Source of the DNA: Octopus vulgaris
Taxonomy: Eukaryota
Assembly: GCA_951406725.2 (NCBI GenBank)
Contig: OX597818.1
Location: 16,306,001 to 16,370,000 of the forward strand
Direction: 5' to 3'
Length of the DNA: 64,000 nucleotides
The notes under the pieces are model-generated. The model was given only the letters and a program-made list of their open reading frames with translations, had not been told where the DNA came from and made no database searches. The stretch's first letter is position 1. Every line of letters begins with the position of its first letter. The translations under genes and the position numbers were made by a program. Positions 13,640 to 27,663 of the stretch are shown here, piece by piece.

Positions 13640-14868
13640 ATAATAGTATTTTTGGCGATCACCGTGCATTGACTAAGGAAAATAGTCTAATAAAGGGGCA
13701 AATAAACCCTCGTCAGAGAAAAGAAGGCTTTTCTATCTGCATAGGAGTCGAACCCACATTCCTTTGTTAACGTGACTGTGTTACCTTTATACTAGCCAAT
13801 TAGCCTCCCTTTTCCTGGGAAATTTAAGAACTATAATAGTTCGTGTTTGTTTGTATCTTTTGTATGTAAACAAACTTCCTATGTGTTTTCAGTGCGAATG
13901 GTTTTTATACTGTGCCGTTTTTACAATACTGTTAATAATAATAATGGTATTTTTATATAAGCTTAAAGCTTATTGCGACCACCGTGCAATAACTAGGGTA
14001 AATAGGGATCTTTTCGGTTTGAACGGCAGTTTTTAACATAATTTCTAGGTAACTAAAAATTTTAAACTTCGTATACTGGTAGAATGTGTTTATAAAACAT
14101 CTTTTTCTCTTGGCTTTATTAAGAAAATTCTATAGTTTGTAAGATATTTGTTGTTTCTTTCTTCGATTTCTGCAATTTCAACCAATCAAATACGTCTATT
14201 GAGGTAAAAAAAACATTCTGTGCCGTATGAATTTGTCCCTCGTTTAAGAAACAGATTGGGTTTATTTATTTTCGTGAAGAAAAAAAAGATACCCTTCTCC
14301 CCACCCCTAACCCTAAACCTAACCCTAACTAACCCTAACCCTAAAACAGATTGAAATGCAATAGATCGATACTAGGGTCATAATTTTGAGTGACAATTTC
14401 ATATGACACCGCTAGTAAAAACTGCCGTTCAAACCGAAAAGATCCGAAAATAGTATAATAAAGGGGCATAAAAAAAACAGAAGGATTTCCTATCCGCGTG
14501 GATATGTAAATAAACTTTCTATATGCTTTCGGTTTGTTTTTTTTTTATGCGGCGCCGTTTTTACAATACTGTAAATAATAATGAAACAAACACGAACTAT
14601 TATAGTTCTTAAATTTCACAGGAAAAGAAAGTTTGATTCGCTGGTGAAAAGGTAATACACTTAGTCGCGTTAACAAAGGGATGTGGGTTCAACTCCCATA
14701 CGGATAGGAAAGCCTTCTATTTTTCTGTTGATGGCTTATATGCCTCTTTATTAGACTATTTTCCTCAGCCAATGCACGGTGATCGCTTTAAGCTTATATA
14801 AATATACCATTATTATTATTTACAAGATTGTAAAAGCGGCACCGTGTAAAAAGCCATTCGCACCGAAA

Positions 14869-14870
<2 letters not shown>
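13640..14870. repeat. Direct plus inverted ~320-bp repeat units containing a tRNA-like segment, interrupted by the MITE
   Basis: 13650-13960 is partly repeated at 13975-14580 and inverted at 14580-14870. B-box-like GGTTCGACTCC/GGTTCAACTCC at ~13745 (-) and ~14687 (+). Confidence 0.7.
14006..14445. mobile_element. MITE with 29-bp TIRs and 8-bp TSD (Merlin-like by termini)
   Basis: GGATCTTTTCGGTTTGAACGGCAGTTTTT at 14006 and its exact reverse complement ending at 14445. TSD gtaaatag/gaaaatag. The empty site GAAAATAG is visible in the sister repeat at ~13678. Confidence 0.88.
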
Positions 14871-14913
<43 letters not shown>

Positions 14914-15399
14914 TACGATGGGCTTCTTTCAGTTTCTGTCTACCAAATCCACTCACAACGGTTTGGTCAGCTCGAGGCTATAGTAGAAAACACTTGCCCA
15001 AGGTTTGATGCAGTAAGACTGCATTTCAAACCATGTGGTTGGGAAGCAAGTTGTTTTACCACGCCTTTGTTCGATAAAATTTAAATGCCATTTTTTAATT
15101 ATGAGTATTTAGGAGACTGTACAGAGACGAATTATATTGTTGTAAACTCTTACGTATTTCCTTATACAGTGCGCATGGTAAAATAACTTCACCACTATTT
15201 CTATGGGGTCAATGTATCCAGTTTTTCTCCGCTGCTCAGACAGAATGGAAAAATGCAACACCATTTTATAGGGATTCCAAGAATGGTAGGAGAACGAAAG
15301 CAATCTCAGATCATTGTTTATGCTAAAAATGACAACTAAATATCGCTCATATCATCCCTTAAATTTTTAGAAAAGGATACATTGGATAGAAACTTTCGA

Positions 15400-16158
15400 G
15401 TGGGCATTACATATCTATAAACAGGGTAGTGGTCGGAGATGGATTGCTTCGTATAATAGAACTGCTTATTTAAGGTTGACCTGCGGCTAAACAATAGCAT
15501 CAGTACCAACGACCACAACAGCATCAACAATAACAAGTAATAATAATAATTTTCTTACATTTTTTCTGGGCGAGTTACTATGAGATATATATGTGTGTAT
15601 ATATATATTCAGTAAATACTGTAAAGTACAGCTTTAACTAATTTCTTAGAAACATCAATATTAATTCTCGAACATGAAAGCAAACTTTTTCTGCTTTCGG
15701 GATTAAACTAAATGTGGGAGAAAACAGTTGGTCTACACTATAACGACTTGAGCTTGAGTGATTTATTCACTTCAAATGAAACAAACATATATGCATAGCT
15801 ACATACATATATATTTATATATGCACATATATACATATATGAATATATACATACATAAGGTAGATAACGACAATGTTGTCTGCGATTATTAGTTGCAAAC
15901 AACTTGCAGATAGAAGTTCTAACTGTTAAAAGCCACGTATACCGAATAATAGCAGACGTATGAAGTCATAGCGAGAGAATGCACTCTGTGTTTGAGACCT
16001 TTCTTTTGCTGGTATTATGGCATGCTGATCCCACTTACGGAAATAAGACCTTGCTTGCCAAATCAATTGGTTCACGCAGTATTCTTTTCGCCGTTGAGTA
16101 TAAAAGGAGGGAGATATTTATATGAATGTATGCATATAGGTAGGCGTCTATATGTCTG

Positions 16159-16194
<36 letters not shown>

Positions 16195-16680
16195 CGCGTG
16201 AGTGTATTGTATGTATGCATATATGGACACACACACAGGCATATGTGTGTGTATGTATTTGTGTGTGTGTCTGTGTGTGTGTGTACACAGATACACACAC
16301 ACACACATATATATATATGAGTGTGAAATTTTAAACATATCCGTACATTTTCCTTTGCCACTACTATTAACTGTTATCAAGTATCCTGGTTTACATTTTG
16401 TCTTTTCATGACCAGGTTTCCAGGCAACTGAAACATTCAAAATGTCTATTAATTATCACCAGCATTGTATCAACAACAGCATTATTTAAATTAAATGACA
16501 AAGACTAGTTAAATTTTTGTTACCAACCAGGAAAATGTTCCAGTCTTGGCTATATGCTTAGCCTAAATATGACCTAACTTAGCGCGTTTACTCACAGTTA
16601 GAGAAGGATAATAATACACACACAATAACGTCTTAGATTACATTCTAAACATACGAGGTGGTATTAAAATATTCCCGGCT
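15400..16680 (-). promoter_or_regulatory. Conserved upstream block of paralogue A with putative non-coding 5' exon(s)
   Basis: Homologous to 600-1620 and partly to 40340-40850. Minus-strand donor-like GTAAG at 15558-15554 and GTAAGT at 16038-16033. Confidence 0.6.
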
Positions 16681-16752
16681 AATTATCTTATAACTTATGA
16701 AATAAGAAGAGTGCAAGAGCGATACTGTGAAGGGAAATATAATGGCATGGAG

Positions 16753-17590
16753 CAGTGGTTCCCAAACTTTTTAGTGTCGCGACCCACTATTTATCACACC
16801 AGTTTATGACGGCCCACTTAACTCTACTGAGTAAAAACATTAATGAAATTAACAAATTTATTTCAGATTACATCTTCAGTGAGGCCTGTGGGAAGGATGA
16901 GCCTGTTTCTTGCTACACTCAATAATAGAATTAACATCTATTGATCTATCTACCGTCTAGCTGCTGTCTATTCCAATCATTTCATTGGCTAATTGATAGC
17001 CTCCTGGTGATCACACCTATAGTTTTTTAATAATTTATATACTTACTAGTGAAATCCATAATGTCTTACTTATTAAAATTTTTTGCTATTTATATTAACT
17101 GTGAAACAAAACGTTTTATAACTGTTTCAATGTCTCTATACCCTATGTGTAAATACTAACACTAATACAAAACCTTGAAGTAGTAACTATTATCGGCTCG
17201 ATCAGTGTTATACTTCGCCTTGTTAAAGTTCTCAATAAATAGGTAAAAACGGACCTTTCCTTTTACGATTACGTACGAAAAAGTAACTTGAGAAAATGAC
17301 AACCTCTGATTTGTTAAGTTGGTGAAAAAGCCTACTGCTTGATAAAACAACAAGTCTGGAATTGAAAACATAATCCTTGAACTATCTCGATAGACAGTAG
17401 TTAATCAAAACTTATGCGTAATTTTATAACTTTTTGCGACCCACTAAGATTCCGTTCGCGACCCATCTGTATGTATGCATATATGGACACACACACAGGC
17501 ATATATATGTGTATGTATTTGTGTGTGTGTGTGTCTGTGTACACACAAACACACGCACACACACACACAGGCATAGTTTGGGAGCCACTG
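16753..17590. mobile_element. Non-autonomous hAT (Charlie-like) element
   Basis: TIRs CAGTGGTTCCCAAACT / AGTTTGGGAGCCACTG; 8-bp TSD gcatggag/gaatggag; subterminal cgcgaccc motifs. Confidence 0.85.
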
Positions 17591-18329
17591 GAATGGAGAA
17601 TGTGACTGATATCAGAAAAGGGAAGAATAGAGTTGTATAAGCAACAAATATGGAGTAGCAGTGGAATAGTAACGTTAATACAGTTGTCATTTAGAGATAG
17701 ACATGCGCGTGCTTTCAATCTGTCCTCTCTCGCTCGCGTCTCTCTCTCTCTCTCTCTCTCTGTCGTTCTCTTTCTCTCTGTCTCTCACTCTCTGTCTGTC
17801 TCTGTCTGTCTGTTTCTCTCTCTCTCTCCCTCTCTCCCTCTCTCTCCCCCTCCCCCCTCTCTCTCTGTAACACGCACACATATGCACATACTCACAAATC
17901 TATAGACAAGTATATTTGACAACGTTTTAACCGAAATTATCCGGAAATAACCGAAATATTCCATTTTTCCATTTATGAACAGACGATAAAGAAGTTATCG
18001 TCTGCTAAATTCTTAAAGTCAAATCATTTTCTTTTTCACGAAGACGATGTTTCAAGTCAACATTGATAGTGAAGTACCTTCTTAATTTCGTTTTTATTAT
18101 TTACAAAATTATAATCACTCATTCATCTATCGCAAAGTTAGAAAGAGAGATTTCTAAATGAGAAATTGTTATCACTTAGTATCTTATCCGTTTTGGTGTT
18201 GTAATTTTCTGTCACGTTCTGTTCACGAAACCATCTAAAGTTTAAACTGAAGGTGAAGTTCTTTACTGAATTTATTGAAAAATATTCAACAATTACATTA
18301 ATTTATTAATTCACCCCTTTAATAAAGTC

Positions 18330-19710
18330 ATGGGTGATGATAACTACATGTTCAGAGTTGTGTCACTCATGCTCAAAAACAACACAAATTACCGAACACT
18401 TCGGAAAGAGTCCGTGCGATACATATGCAATAATTGGAAGTATTTTCATTCTTTTATTCCTAATAGGACAACGCAGGAATACCAAGCATACATGATTAGG
18501 GATAGAACATACATTAGTAATGTGGAATTAGCTGCTATTAGTGAATTGTACAATGTTACAATTCAGGTTCACCACAAACATGACGATGAAATTATTCTTC
18601 CTCTGTTCACCGTTTGCAGCAAACATTTACAGAAAGGAAGATTTCATTGTTGTACAGTGGCGAAATTGACAGCGGTCACTATGATGCTCTCTTTCCCATA
18701 AACAACCATGAGGAAATGAAATATCACACGACAGTAAAAAAGTCAAAAGAATGAGAATTCAAATACTTAATATGAAAAGCGCAGAAGAAAGCAAAAACCA
18801 TCGGGAAGTGAGGTTGCGAGAAATGAGGGAGTATGAGAGGAGGACAAGAGAACAAGAAGGTGATAAAGATATGGGAATAAGATTGCAGAGAAAGAAGGAA
18901 AATTATAGAAACATAAACGTAGAAGAAAATAAAAAAGTCAAAGAAATACGATTGCAAAAAGGAGAGAAAAGGTAGAATAAATAGAAAACAAGAGTGAAAG
19001 CGGCCGAAAAATACGATTAAAAAGGAGAAAGCTTTCCAGAGAAAATCAGCAGAAAACGTATTGACGATTTCAATGGCAAGGTGTAGCATTTAATTATGAT
19101 CCTAATCGTAAGTTATGCACCTGAAAAAATTGTCCCCCTGGGCTCTATGTACGAAACATGGGAAAAGTGTGGTGTTAGGAAGTGAGGCAAGGAACCATTA
19201 GGTATGTGTTGTTATAAAGGTAGAGTCCATTTACTAATAACTGAGCCTCAAGAACTTATAAAACATCCTGTTTTGGGTACCACTTCAGAATCAAAACACT
19301 TTCTTAAAAATATTCTAGCATACAATTGTGCTTTTCAAATGACATCATTTCGGGCAAAACTTAAGTGGATTTATGCTGACTTTTAAAGTGCAAGGACAAA
19401 TTTATCTCTTAAGCCTTTACAGAATAAAGATACACAATTTTTTCAAATATATTTTATAGGTGACGTTCAAAAAGAAGCACAGTGTTGCAGCAATAATTGT
19501 CCAGGTACAAGATTTGAATTTCTTTTTAAGCTTCAAGAAATGCTTTACGAAAAGAATTCTTATGTGAGAAGCTTTCAGTATGCTTTAGAATATACTTCAA
19601 CTGCGGACTTTCAAGTTGTCCTTGATGCCGACAAAAGACCAGCAGGAGAACATGTCCGTCGATTCAATGTTCTTGAGTGTAATGAAGTGGCAATTATTAT
19701 TGTTGAGATG
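18330..19710 (+). mobile_element. Degenerate Helitron relic with OTU-like protease domain and Rep N-terminal region
   Basis: GDDNYMFRVVS (OTU GDGNCLFR box with Cys>Tyr), VELAAISELY, and frameshifted DSGHYD. Downstream FLKNILAYNCAFQMTSF, FKVQGQIY and DADKRPAGEHVRRFN match the intact Helitron at 45380-45800. Confidence 0.75.
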
Positions 19711-21150
19711 TCATGCACGAATAGCTGCACAACTCAACACCTTGTTAAATAACGACCAAGTAACAGCAGAGTGGTTGACAATAGATAGGACAGTGCAGTG
19801 CTTGAAAAATATCGAAAAAGGCAATACGGTAGACAATTACAGGCCGATATCCTGTTTGCCACTTATGTGGAAGATATTGATTGGAATACTCACAAAGTCA
19901 ATGTACGAAGATCTTGTAAAAATGGAGTCCTACCACCTGAGAAGAAGGGTTGCAAGCGTAAATGCAGAAGACAAAACTGTACTTAGAGACTGCAAGCGGA
20001 AGAAAACTAACATTGCCATTTCATGAATCGATTATCGTAAGGCGTACGATACGATCCCAAATTCTTGGATTATGGAATGTATGAACCTCTTTGTTATTGC
20101 ATCGAATGTCGATGTTGAGCAATTTCTTAGAAAATATTTGACGAAATGGAGGACGGAACTGACAGCATATGGAAGAAGTTTAGGGACAATAGAAGTCAAG
20201 AGAGGCATCTTCCAAGGGGACTACCTGTCCCCACTGAATTTTGTATTGTGCATGATACCACTAACAATGATTTTGAGGAAAGAAAAGGTTTGGTATGTAT
20301 TCGAAAGCCGCCTACAAAAAGTCAACCACTTGTTATTCATGGATGACCTCAAACTTTATGGTAAAAATGAAACCTAAGTCAGTTCTCTCGTTGACACGGT
20401 GTATACTTTCAATGCTGATATCAGAATGGAGTTCGGACTGAAAAGGTGTGGTGTGTTAGACTTGAAGAGAGACAAACTCAAATGTATAGATGGGCTAACG
20501 ATAGCGTCGGGAGAGTTTATGAAGCAGATAGAAAAGACGGGCTTTAAATACTTGGGGATATTGGAAATAGATAAATTGATGGAGAAAGAAAAATTTAAGG
20601 TGGAGTACTTGCGCAGATTGAGACTGATCCTCAAATCGAATAAGATTGAAGCTATCAACACCTGGGCGGTTTCACAACTAAGATATGGAGCAGGGATAAT
20701 CGCATGGACAGTAGATGAATTAAACAGCTTAGATAGAAAGATAAATTTCTGACTAGATATGGGATACTCTACCCCAAAAGTGACACAGACAGAATGTATG
20801 TACCAAGAAAAAGAGGGTGAAAGGGACTGATATGATGCAAACACAGCATTAGAGCAGAAGAAAACAACATAGTATGGTAAGTAAAAATGCCACAGAACCA
20901 TTATCATTGGAAGTAAGAAAGTCATGCTTGTGTAGGATGGAAGATTGCAAAGATAACGCACTGTACAAGGACTTGAGAATGAATGAAACGGAAAATAGGT
21001 GGATAAAGAAAAGAATGCATAGGCAATTTCAGAGGGATGTTGAAGTTAAGACAGACAGAGGAAAAATTTGGTTATGGATGACTAAAAGTGATTTAAAACC
21101 GAAAAAAGGGGCTATATTCTGTGCTGTCCGTGTGCAAACATTAAAACCTA
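19710..21150 (+). mobile_element. R4-like RT fragment, third subfamily, abutting the OTU-Helitron relic
   Basis: [46 protein letters not shown]. Ends at a TAA-rich tract ~21152-21195. Confidence 0.82.
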
Positions 21151-21599
21151 ATTACAACAATAATAATAGTAATATTAATAATGATAATAATAATGATTTC
21201 TTTTATTTGCCACCAGGGAGAAGGATGAAGGGGACAATACTATTACAGACATAATGTGTGGGGGTTTACCTACAATGAAATGATAATAATAATAAATAAT
21301 AATAGGGTAAAGACCTCCCTTTGATTATGGATCACTATGGAATTGCACCTAGAAATTTTACCTCCGAGGCACCTTCGGGCAAGGTTGTTTATTGAAGAAC
21401 AGCGGTCTCCCATGCATATCAGTCTCTCATCTCCATGCCACAGATGTTTTAAAACTATATGCTGCAAATGATAACCAGCTGGAAACATTACTACAGACGA
21501 AGATTTCAACGATTCTATGTGGGGAAAAGATTAGAAAATGACAACATTCCCATAAAAAGCTTACTTGGCAAGATGGTATTCAACACCAAATTCAGTTAC

Positions 21600-24420
21600 T
21601 TAAGTCTGACATAGAATGTTGAAAAACCTTAAGTTTGACAAGACTATCAAACCAACAAAATCTGAAAATTAAAGAAAATATATAATATGAAAACTATACT
21701 TGACATCGATACCACCATAGAAACTATCAAGCAAAAGGTATGTGCAAAAGCTGCTCGCATAGCACGGTATGGAAAGCGCATTAGATGCTTTAAGCTCAAC
21801 AACATGTTCAAAAATAATCCCAAAAAGTTTTACAGGAACATAGGGAAAATACCAGTTACAGTAAAGTCTCTCCATCAAAAGAAGTGCAGGAATTTTGGAA
21901 TAAAATTTGGGCAGAAGATGGAAAAGCACACAATAAAAAGGCCTATTGGATTGATAGAATAACTACTGACTTAGACAGACTCCTTAAAAGAGCAAAAGTG
22001 GGAGGGTATCACGGTAGAGGATGTAAGCAAGGAGAAGTCTCTAGGAAAGAATAAAATTCTTAACTTCTGGTTGAATGCCTTCCTAGAGAGTCATGAACTG
22101 CTAAAAAAAACTTTACAACAATGTTTTGCAACAACCTAGTATGATTCCCTCTTGGCTAGTTAATGGTTAAACTTTCCTACTTCCAAAAAATGAAGAAACA
22201 AATGAACCAAAAAATTATAGACCTATAACCTGCTTAACAACAATGTATAAAATACTAACATCTGTTTTGACTGAATATACCTATAGTTTTTAATAGAAAG
22301 TGGCATATTCCCTAATGAGAAAAAAGGATGTAAACGTGGGTCTTGTGGTTGTAAAGATCAGCTACTCATCAATAAGATGATCTTGGAAGATTCTCACAAA
22401 CGACACAAAAACTTGTCGATAGCCTTGATAGACTATAAAAAAGCTTTTGATATTCTGTCACATAAGTGGATTAAGAAATGTCTGGAAATGTATAAAATAG
22501 CACCTACTCTGCGAAACTTCTTGTCTGTAAGTATGAGATCATGGAGAACCACATTGACTTCGAACAGTGACAATGAATCTTTCAATGCTGGAGATGTAAG
22601 CATTTCTTATGGCATTTTCCAGGGTGACTATCTATCCCTGCCCTTCTTTTGTCTAGCCTTAATACCTCTCTTGAAATTGCTCGATGATGTATAATATGGC
22701 TATAAAATGATTTCAAGCTCTTTGCAAAATACGACCAAAAAACACAGGGTTTACCAACAATTGTTAAAAAATTCAGTGATGATATCAGAGTGCAATTTGG
22801 CCTCGATAAATGTGCAAAAGCTACTGTTATCAAAGGAAAAATAATAGAAATACCAAACATTAATCTTGACCAAGAGTATGTTATAACGGAGTTAGAACCA
22901 GCGGAGAGCTACAAATTGCTAGGGGTATTTGAAGGTGATAGAATCAAACATTCAATGATGAAGGAAAGGATCAGAAGATAATTTTATAGCAGAGTAAGGT
23001 CAATACTCAAGACAGAGCTGAATGCAAGAAACAGGATCAAAACGATGAATACTTTAGCCATACCAGTCGTGATTTACAGCTTCAATATCATTAACTGGTC
23101 AGATATATATACGAAAATAGTTGACAATACATAGAATGCACCACCCTAAGGCAGATATAGAACGACTTTACCTGCCAAGAAAAGAGGGTGACCGTGGACT
23201 TTTACAACTGGAATTAACAATGAAAATTGCCACAGTTAGTCTAAACACCTACCTGAAAAACTCTGATGACTGGTTGTTAAAACTTGTCTTAAAGCACGAA
23301 AACAAGAAACCATTATACTCAGTAAAAAAAGCAGGCAAAGAAATATCTAAGTGAATTCCAAATACAACAAATCCCAGAATTAAACGTACTAGAAACACGC
23401 ACAGAAAAAGCTAAGAGTATGAAAACCCGTGTTAAAACTGCTGCCTAAGATATTCTTACTGATAATTGGCAAGAAAAACATCTCAATGACAAATACCTGA
23501 AGAGAGCTAATAATGTCGATGTTGACAATACCCTTACCCGTCAATGGTTTGTGTCTTCTGGCTTAAAATCAGGAACTGAAGGGTTTATCCATGGCAGCCG
23601 AAGATCAATGCCTACCTACAAGGAGGTACCAGGCCTAAATATTAAAGACCGACAGTAGCCCAACATGTCGTGTATGTAAACAAAATGAAACCATTGATCA
23701 TATTGTCTCCATGTGTAGTCTTCTTGTGCCTACAGAGTATCTCAACAGGCATGATAGAGCAGCACAATATATTCATTGGGTAATTTGCAAAAACCTGGAC
23801 CTGCTCCATAATGAAAAATAGTGGGAACACAAACCACCTACAGTGCTTGAAAATGACTACATTTCACTCCTCTGAAACTTCACCATTCAAACTGACAGAA
23901 AGATAGATGCGAAGAGGCAAGACATTATATTGAAGGACTTCAGACAAAAATCATACCTCCTAACTGATATGACTGTCCCAATCGACATAAATATATTTGT
24001 CAAGACCTACCAAAAACTGAGCAAGTATAAAGATCTTGAAACAGAAATTGGCAAAATGTGTAATCTCAAGACTTATACAGTATCTGTAGTCAAGGTGCCC
24101 TAAGAATGATAGCAAAAAGGGCTGATTCCTACCTTGCTCAGATACCAGGAAACCCCAAAATAGCAGAAATTCAAACGGTAGTGCTCATGGGAACTGCCCA
24201 TATCCTACGTAAAATACTGTCTACGTAATCTCAAATCTTAAAACGAACTTATAATTTTCTTATGTTTTTTTAAAACATTCTCTAGAACAATATGTGCAAA
24301 ACCAAGTATATAGCACCTTAGGCATAAACACCAATTTGAACTTCTAACTTGTTGTCTATTGAAGTCTCTGGGTGAGACTTGGAGTCACCTTGTACGAATA
24401 CAAAGCAAAGTCAAACATAT
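21600..24420 (+). mobile_element. Older R4/Dong-like retrotransposon, second subfamily, degenerate
   Basis: [39 protein letters not shown] and CRVCK..TIDHIVSMC fragments. Ends in a (TAA)n array at ~24420. Confidence 0.85.
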
Positions 24421-24439
24421 AATAATAATAATAATGATA

Positions 24440-24513
<74 letters not shown>

Positions 24514-24524
24514 TGATAATAATA

Positions 24525-24620
<96 letters not shown>

Positions 24621-24622
24621 AA
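24420..24622. repeat. (TAA)n(GAA)n compound microsatellite (similar arrays at 28727-28835, 29325-29390, 29726-29922, 33175-33500, 6108-6268 and 58040-58145)
   Basis: Directly visible. Confidence 0.95.
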
Positions 24623-27600
24623 GAGAGAACACCGGGGGACGTTTAGGATGTAAGAAGGAAAAAACAGAGTTCCGAAATCTATCCACAAACATCAAAAACA
24701 AGGACATCGTATGGAGCCAAAGATTTACTAACAAAGGATTGGACTGTATCCGAGTAAGTAATACTAATTGAAATTTATTACTATTTTCGAAACGAAATGT
24801 ATTTTGACTCGATATCATCTCCACCTCTAACAAAACACATGTAAACATGCGTGAAGCATTACGATCCATCAACACCAGATCATCCCCGACCCCAAACACC
24901 ATGTACAAAGGAACTACGAAGAAATTAAATACCACCGATATTATTCAACCCAAGAATAACAATCGAGCGGTACGTACTTTAAACTTACAACAAAAAATGT
25001 ACGAAAAACTACACGTGCGAAATAATGTGACAACAGAAATGAACGGACCGGTACCCTACGAAAATGACGACCGTCAAAATAATGGGCCGGACGTTGTTCC
25101 TCATGTCCCGCAAATAAAACCCAAAAGACATAAATGGACACGTGAGGAATACATTTCTATCTTACACGCAGTGCTCTACCCAAAAAATTAAAACACAACA
25201 ACACATACATATAAAATATGGAAGGAAAACAACATAAATATAGACTTGGATACAGCAATGAACCCAAATAAATTAGCTAACGTACGAAGATACATTCTCA
25301 ACGCAAAAAAAAATATCAGAAATAGAAATAGAACATCTAAAAGAAAAAAACACCAGGAAAATGTAGATAGAAGCCACACAACAATACCCAATAATATAAA
25401 CACTGAAATAGTAAAACACGAAGACAAACGAAACATTCCCAACAAACACGATGTAAGCAACGAAGGGGAGCCTAATGATTATGATAATATAAAAAGTAAA
25501 ATAATCAAAGAACTGAAAACCACAGAGCTCAAAATGGACCACCGACCATACCTCCCAAGAATCAAAATAGACGAAACAACACCAATTATAAACAGCATAA
25601 ACCTAGCCGTCACGGAACTAATAGCCACTGAAACAAAAAGCGATATCACTGAGTTAAATGACTTAGTATACGCAGTAGCCACTGAAGCCACAAAAGAAGC
25701 TGGATACTCACTCAAACCCATCCAAACAGGAGTACCACCACCCAAAAAAACACTCTGGATAAATAACATCCAAAACAAAATACAAAAAATGAGAAAAGAT
25801 CTGTCGATTCTTAATGAAATCAGCACACAATCAACGCTACTGAGCAACAAAAAGAAAACAAAAATACTCCGCAAATATAACATCACAGAAAAAGATTTAC
25901 CTGAGATAAAAGAAAAGCTGAAGCAAGATATCCTTGCCAAAGCACAAAGAATCCGCCGGTACGAGAAACGCCAGCGCTTCTTTGAACAAAACAAAAAGTT
26001 CAACTCCAACCCCAAAAGTTCTACCAAGAACTTGGCAAAAATAAAATAGAAATCACTGCAGCACCAACGGCAGAAGAAGTGGAAGAATTCTGGAGAGAAA
26101 TATGGTCGGCGAACGAACAACCAAAAGAAAGGAGTATCAAAATAACAAACTCGGCATCTGAACAACTTTGGACCCACATAACAACTGAAGAGGTCACCCA
26201 GGCACTGCAAATACTAAGCAACTGGAAGGCACCTGGGCATGACAATATCCCCAACTTCTGGTTGAAATATCTAACAGGAATGCACAAAAAACTGGCTGAA
26301 AACTTTAACAATATGCTATCAGAGCCAGAGACAATGCTTGAATGGCTCACGAAGGGGAAAACCATCTTAATTCCCAAATCAAATGAGACAGCAAAACCAG
26401 AAAACTACAGACCAATAACCTGTCTCCCTACAATGTTCAAGGCATTTACTACAGTGATATCGCAAAGGTTGAACAAGCACCTGGACGAAAACAAACTGTT
26501 CCCAGAAGAGCAGAAAGGATGACGCAAAGGCTCATATGGCTGTAAAGATCAACTAATGATTAATAAAGCCATAACTGAAGACAGCCACAGAAAGAAGAAA
26601 GGCCTCAGTATGGCCTGGATCGACTACAAAAAAGTGTTTGATAGCATCCCCCACACATGGATCCTCGAAACACTAGCCATTAACAAAGTAGCACCAACAA
26701 TCATAAAATTCATAGAGCACTCTATGAATAAATGGCAAACAGTGCTACAGCTCCAAACAAAAGAGGGACTCATGAAAACCAAAGACATCCCCATTAGAAG
26801 AGGAATATTCCAGGGAGACACGCTCTCTCCACTCCTTTTCTGCTTGGCACTGTCACCCTTATCTGATATGCTAAATAGAACTGGATGCGGATATAAATGT
26901 TACGGCAAAACGATCAGCCACCTTTTATATATGGATGACCTAAAACTATACGCTGCAAATGACAAACAGCTGGAAACACAATTAAAGACAGTTCATGGAT
27001 TTACCAAAGAAATAGATATGAAATATGGATTAGAAAAATGCGCCAAAGTAACCATGAAAAGAGGAAAACTAGTTAAGAGTAGCAACATCACACTAGATAA
27101 ACCCAATGAAATAAAAGAATTAGACCAAAGCCAAACTTACAAATACTTAGGAATCCATGAACTAGATAAGACACAACACACACAAATGAAAGAGAAAATA
27201 AAAAAAGAATATTATAGACGAGTTAGATCAATACTAAAAACAGAGCTCAATGCTAAAAACAAGATAATAGGTATTAACACTTTAGCTGTCCCAGTTATAA
27301 GTTACAGCTACAATATCCTTAACTGGACACTAAATGAACTGACCAAAATAGATAGGAAAACAAGAAAAATAATGACAGGATCTAGGATGCATCACCCAAA
27401 ATCTGACATAGAAACACTATATATACAACGTATAAAAGGTGGTAGAGGCCTTATACAACTGGAAAACTACTATAAAATAACCACCATAGGATTGCAAAAA
27501 TATCTACTTCAGAAAGAAGGAAAACTGATACAAATAGCGGCAAAACACGAGTGAAACAAAAAACTGTTCTCAGTATTTAAGGAAGCTGACAAATACAAAC

Positions 27601-27632
27601 AAGAAATCATACCACCTAATAAATATGAAGAA

Positions 27633-27663
<31 letters not shown>

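Noticed and set aside
13735-13810. Functional tRNA gene (also 14640-14710 and SINE heads)
   Set aside because: I could not build a convincing cloverleaf, and the sequences are embedded in repeats.
14305-14345. True telomere or chromosome fusion site
   Set aside because: Short, imperfect and internal to a MITE.
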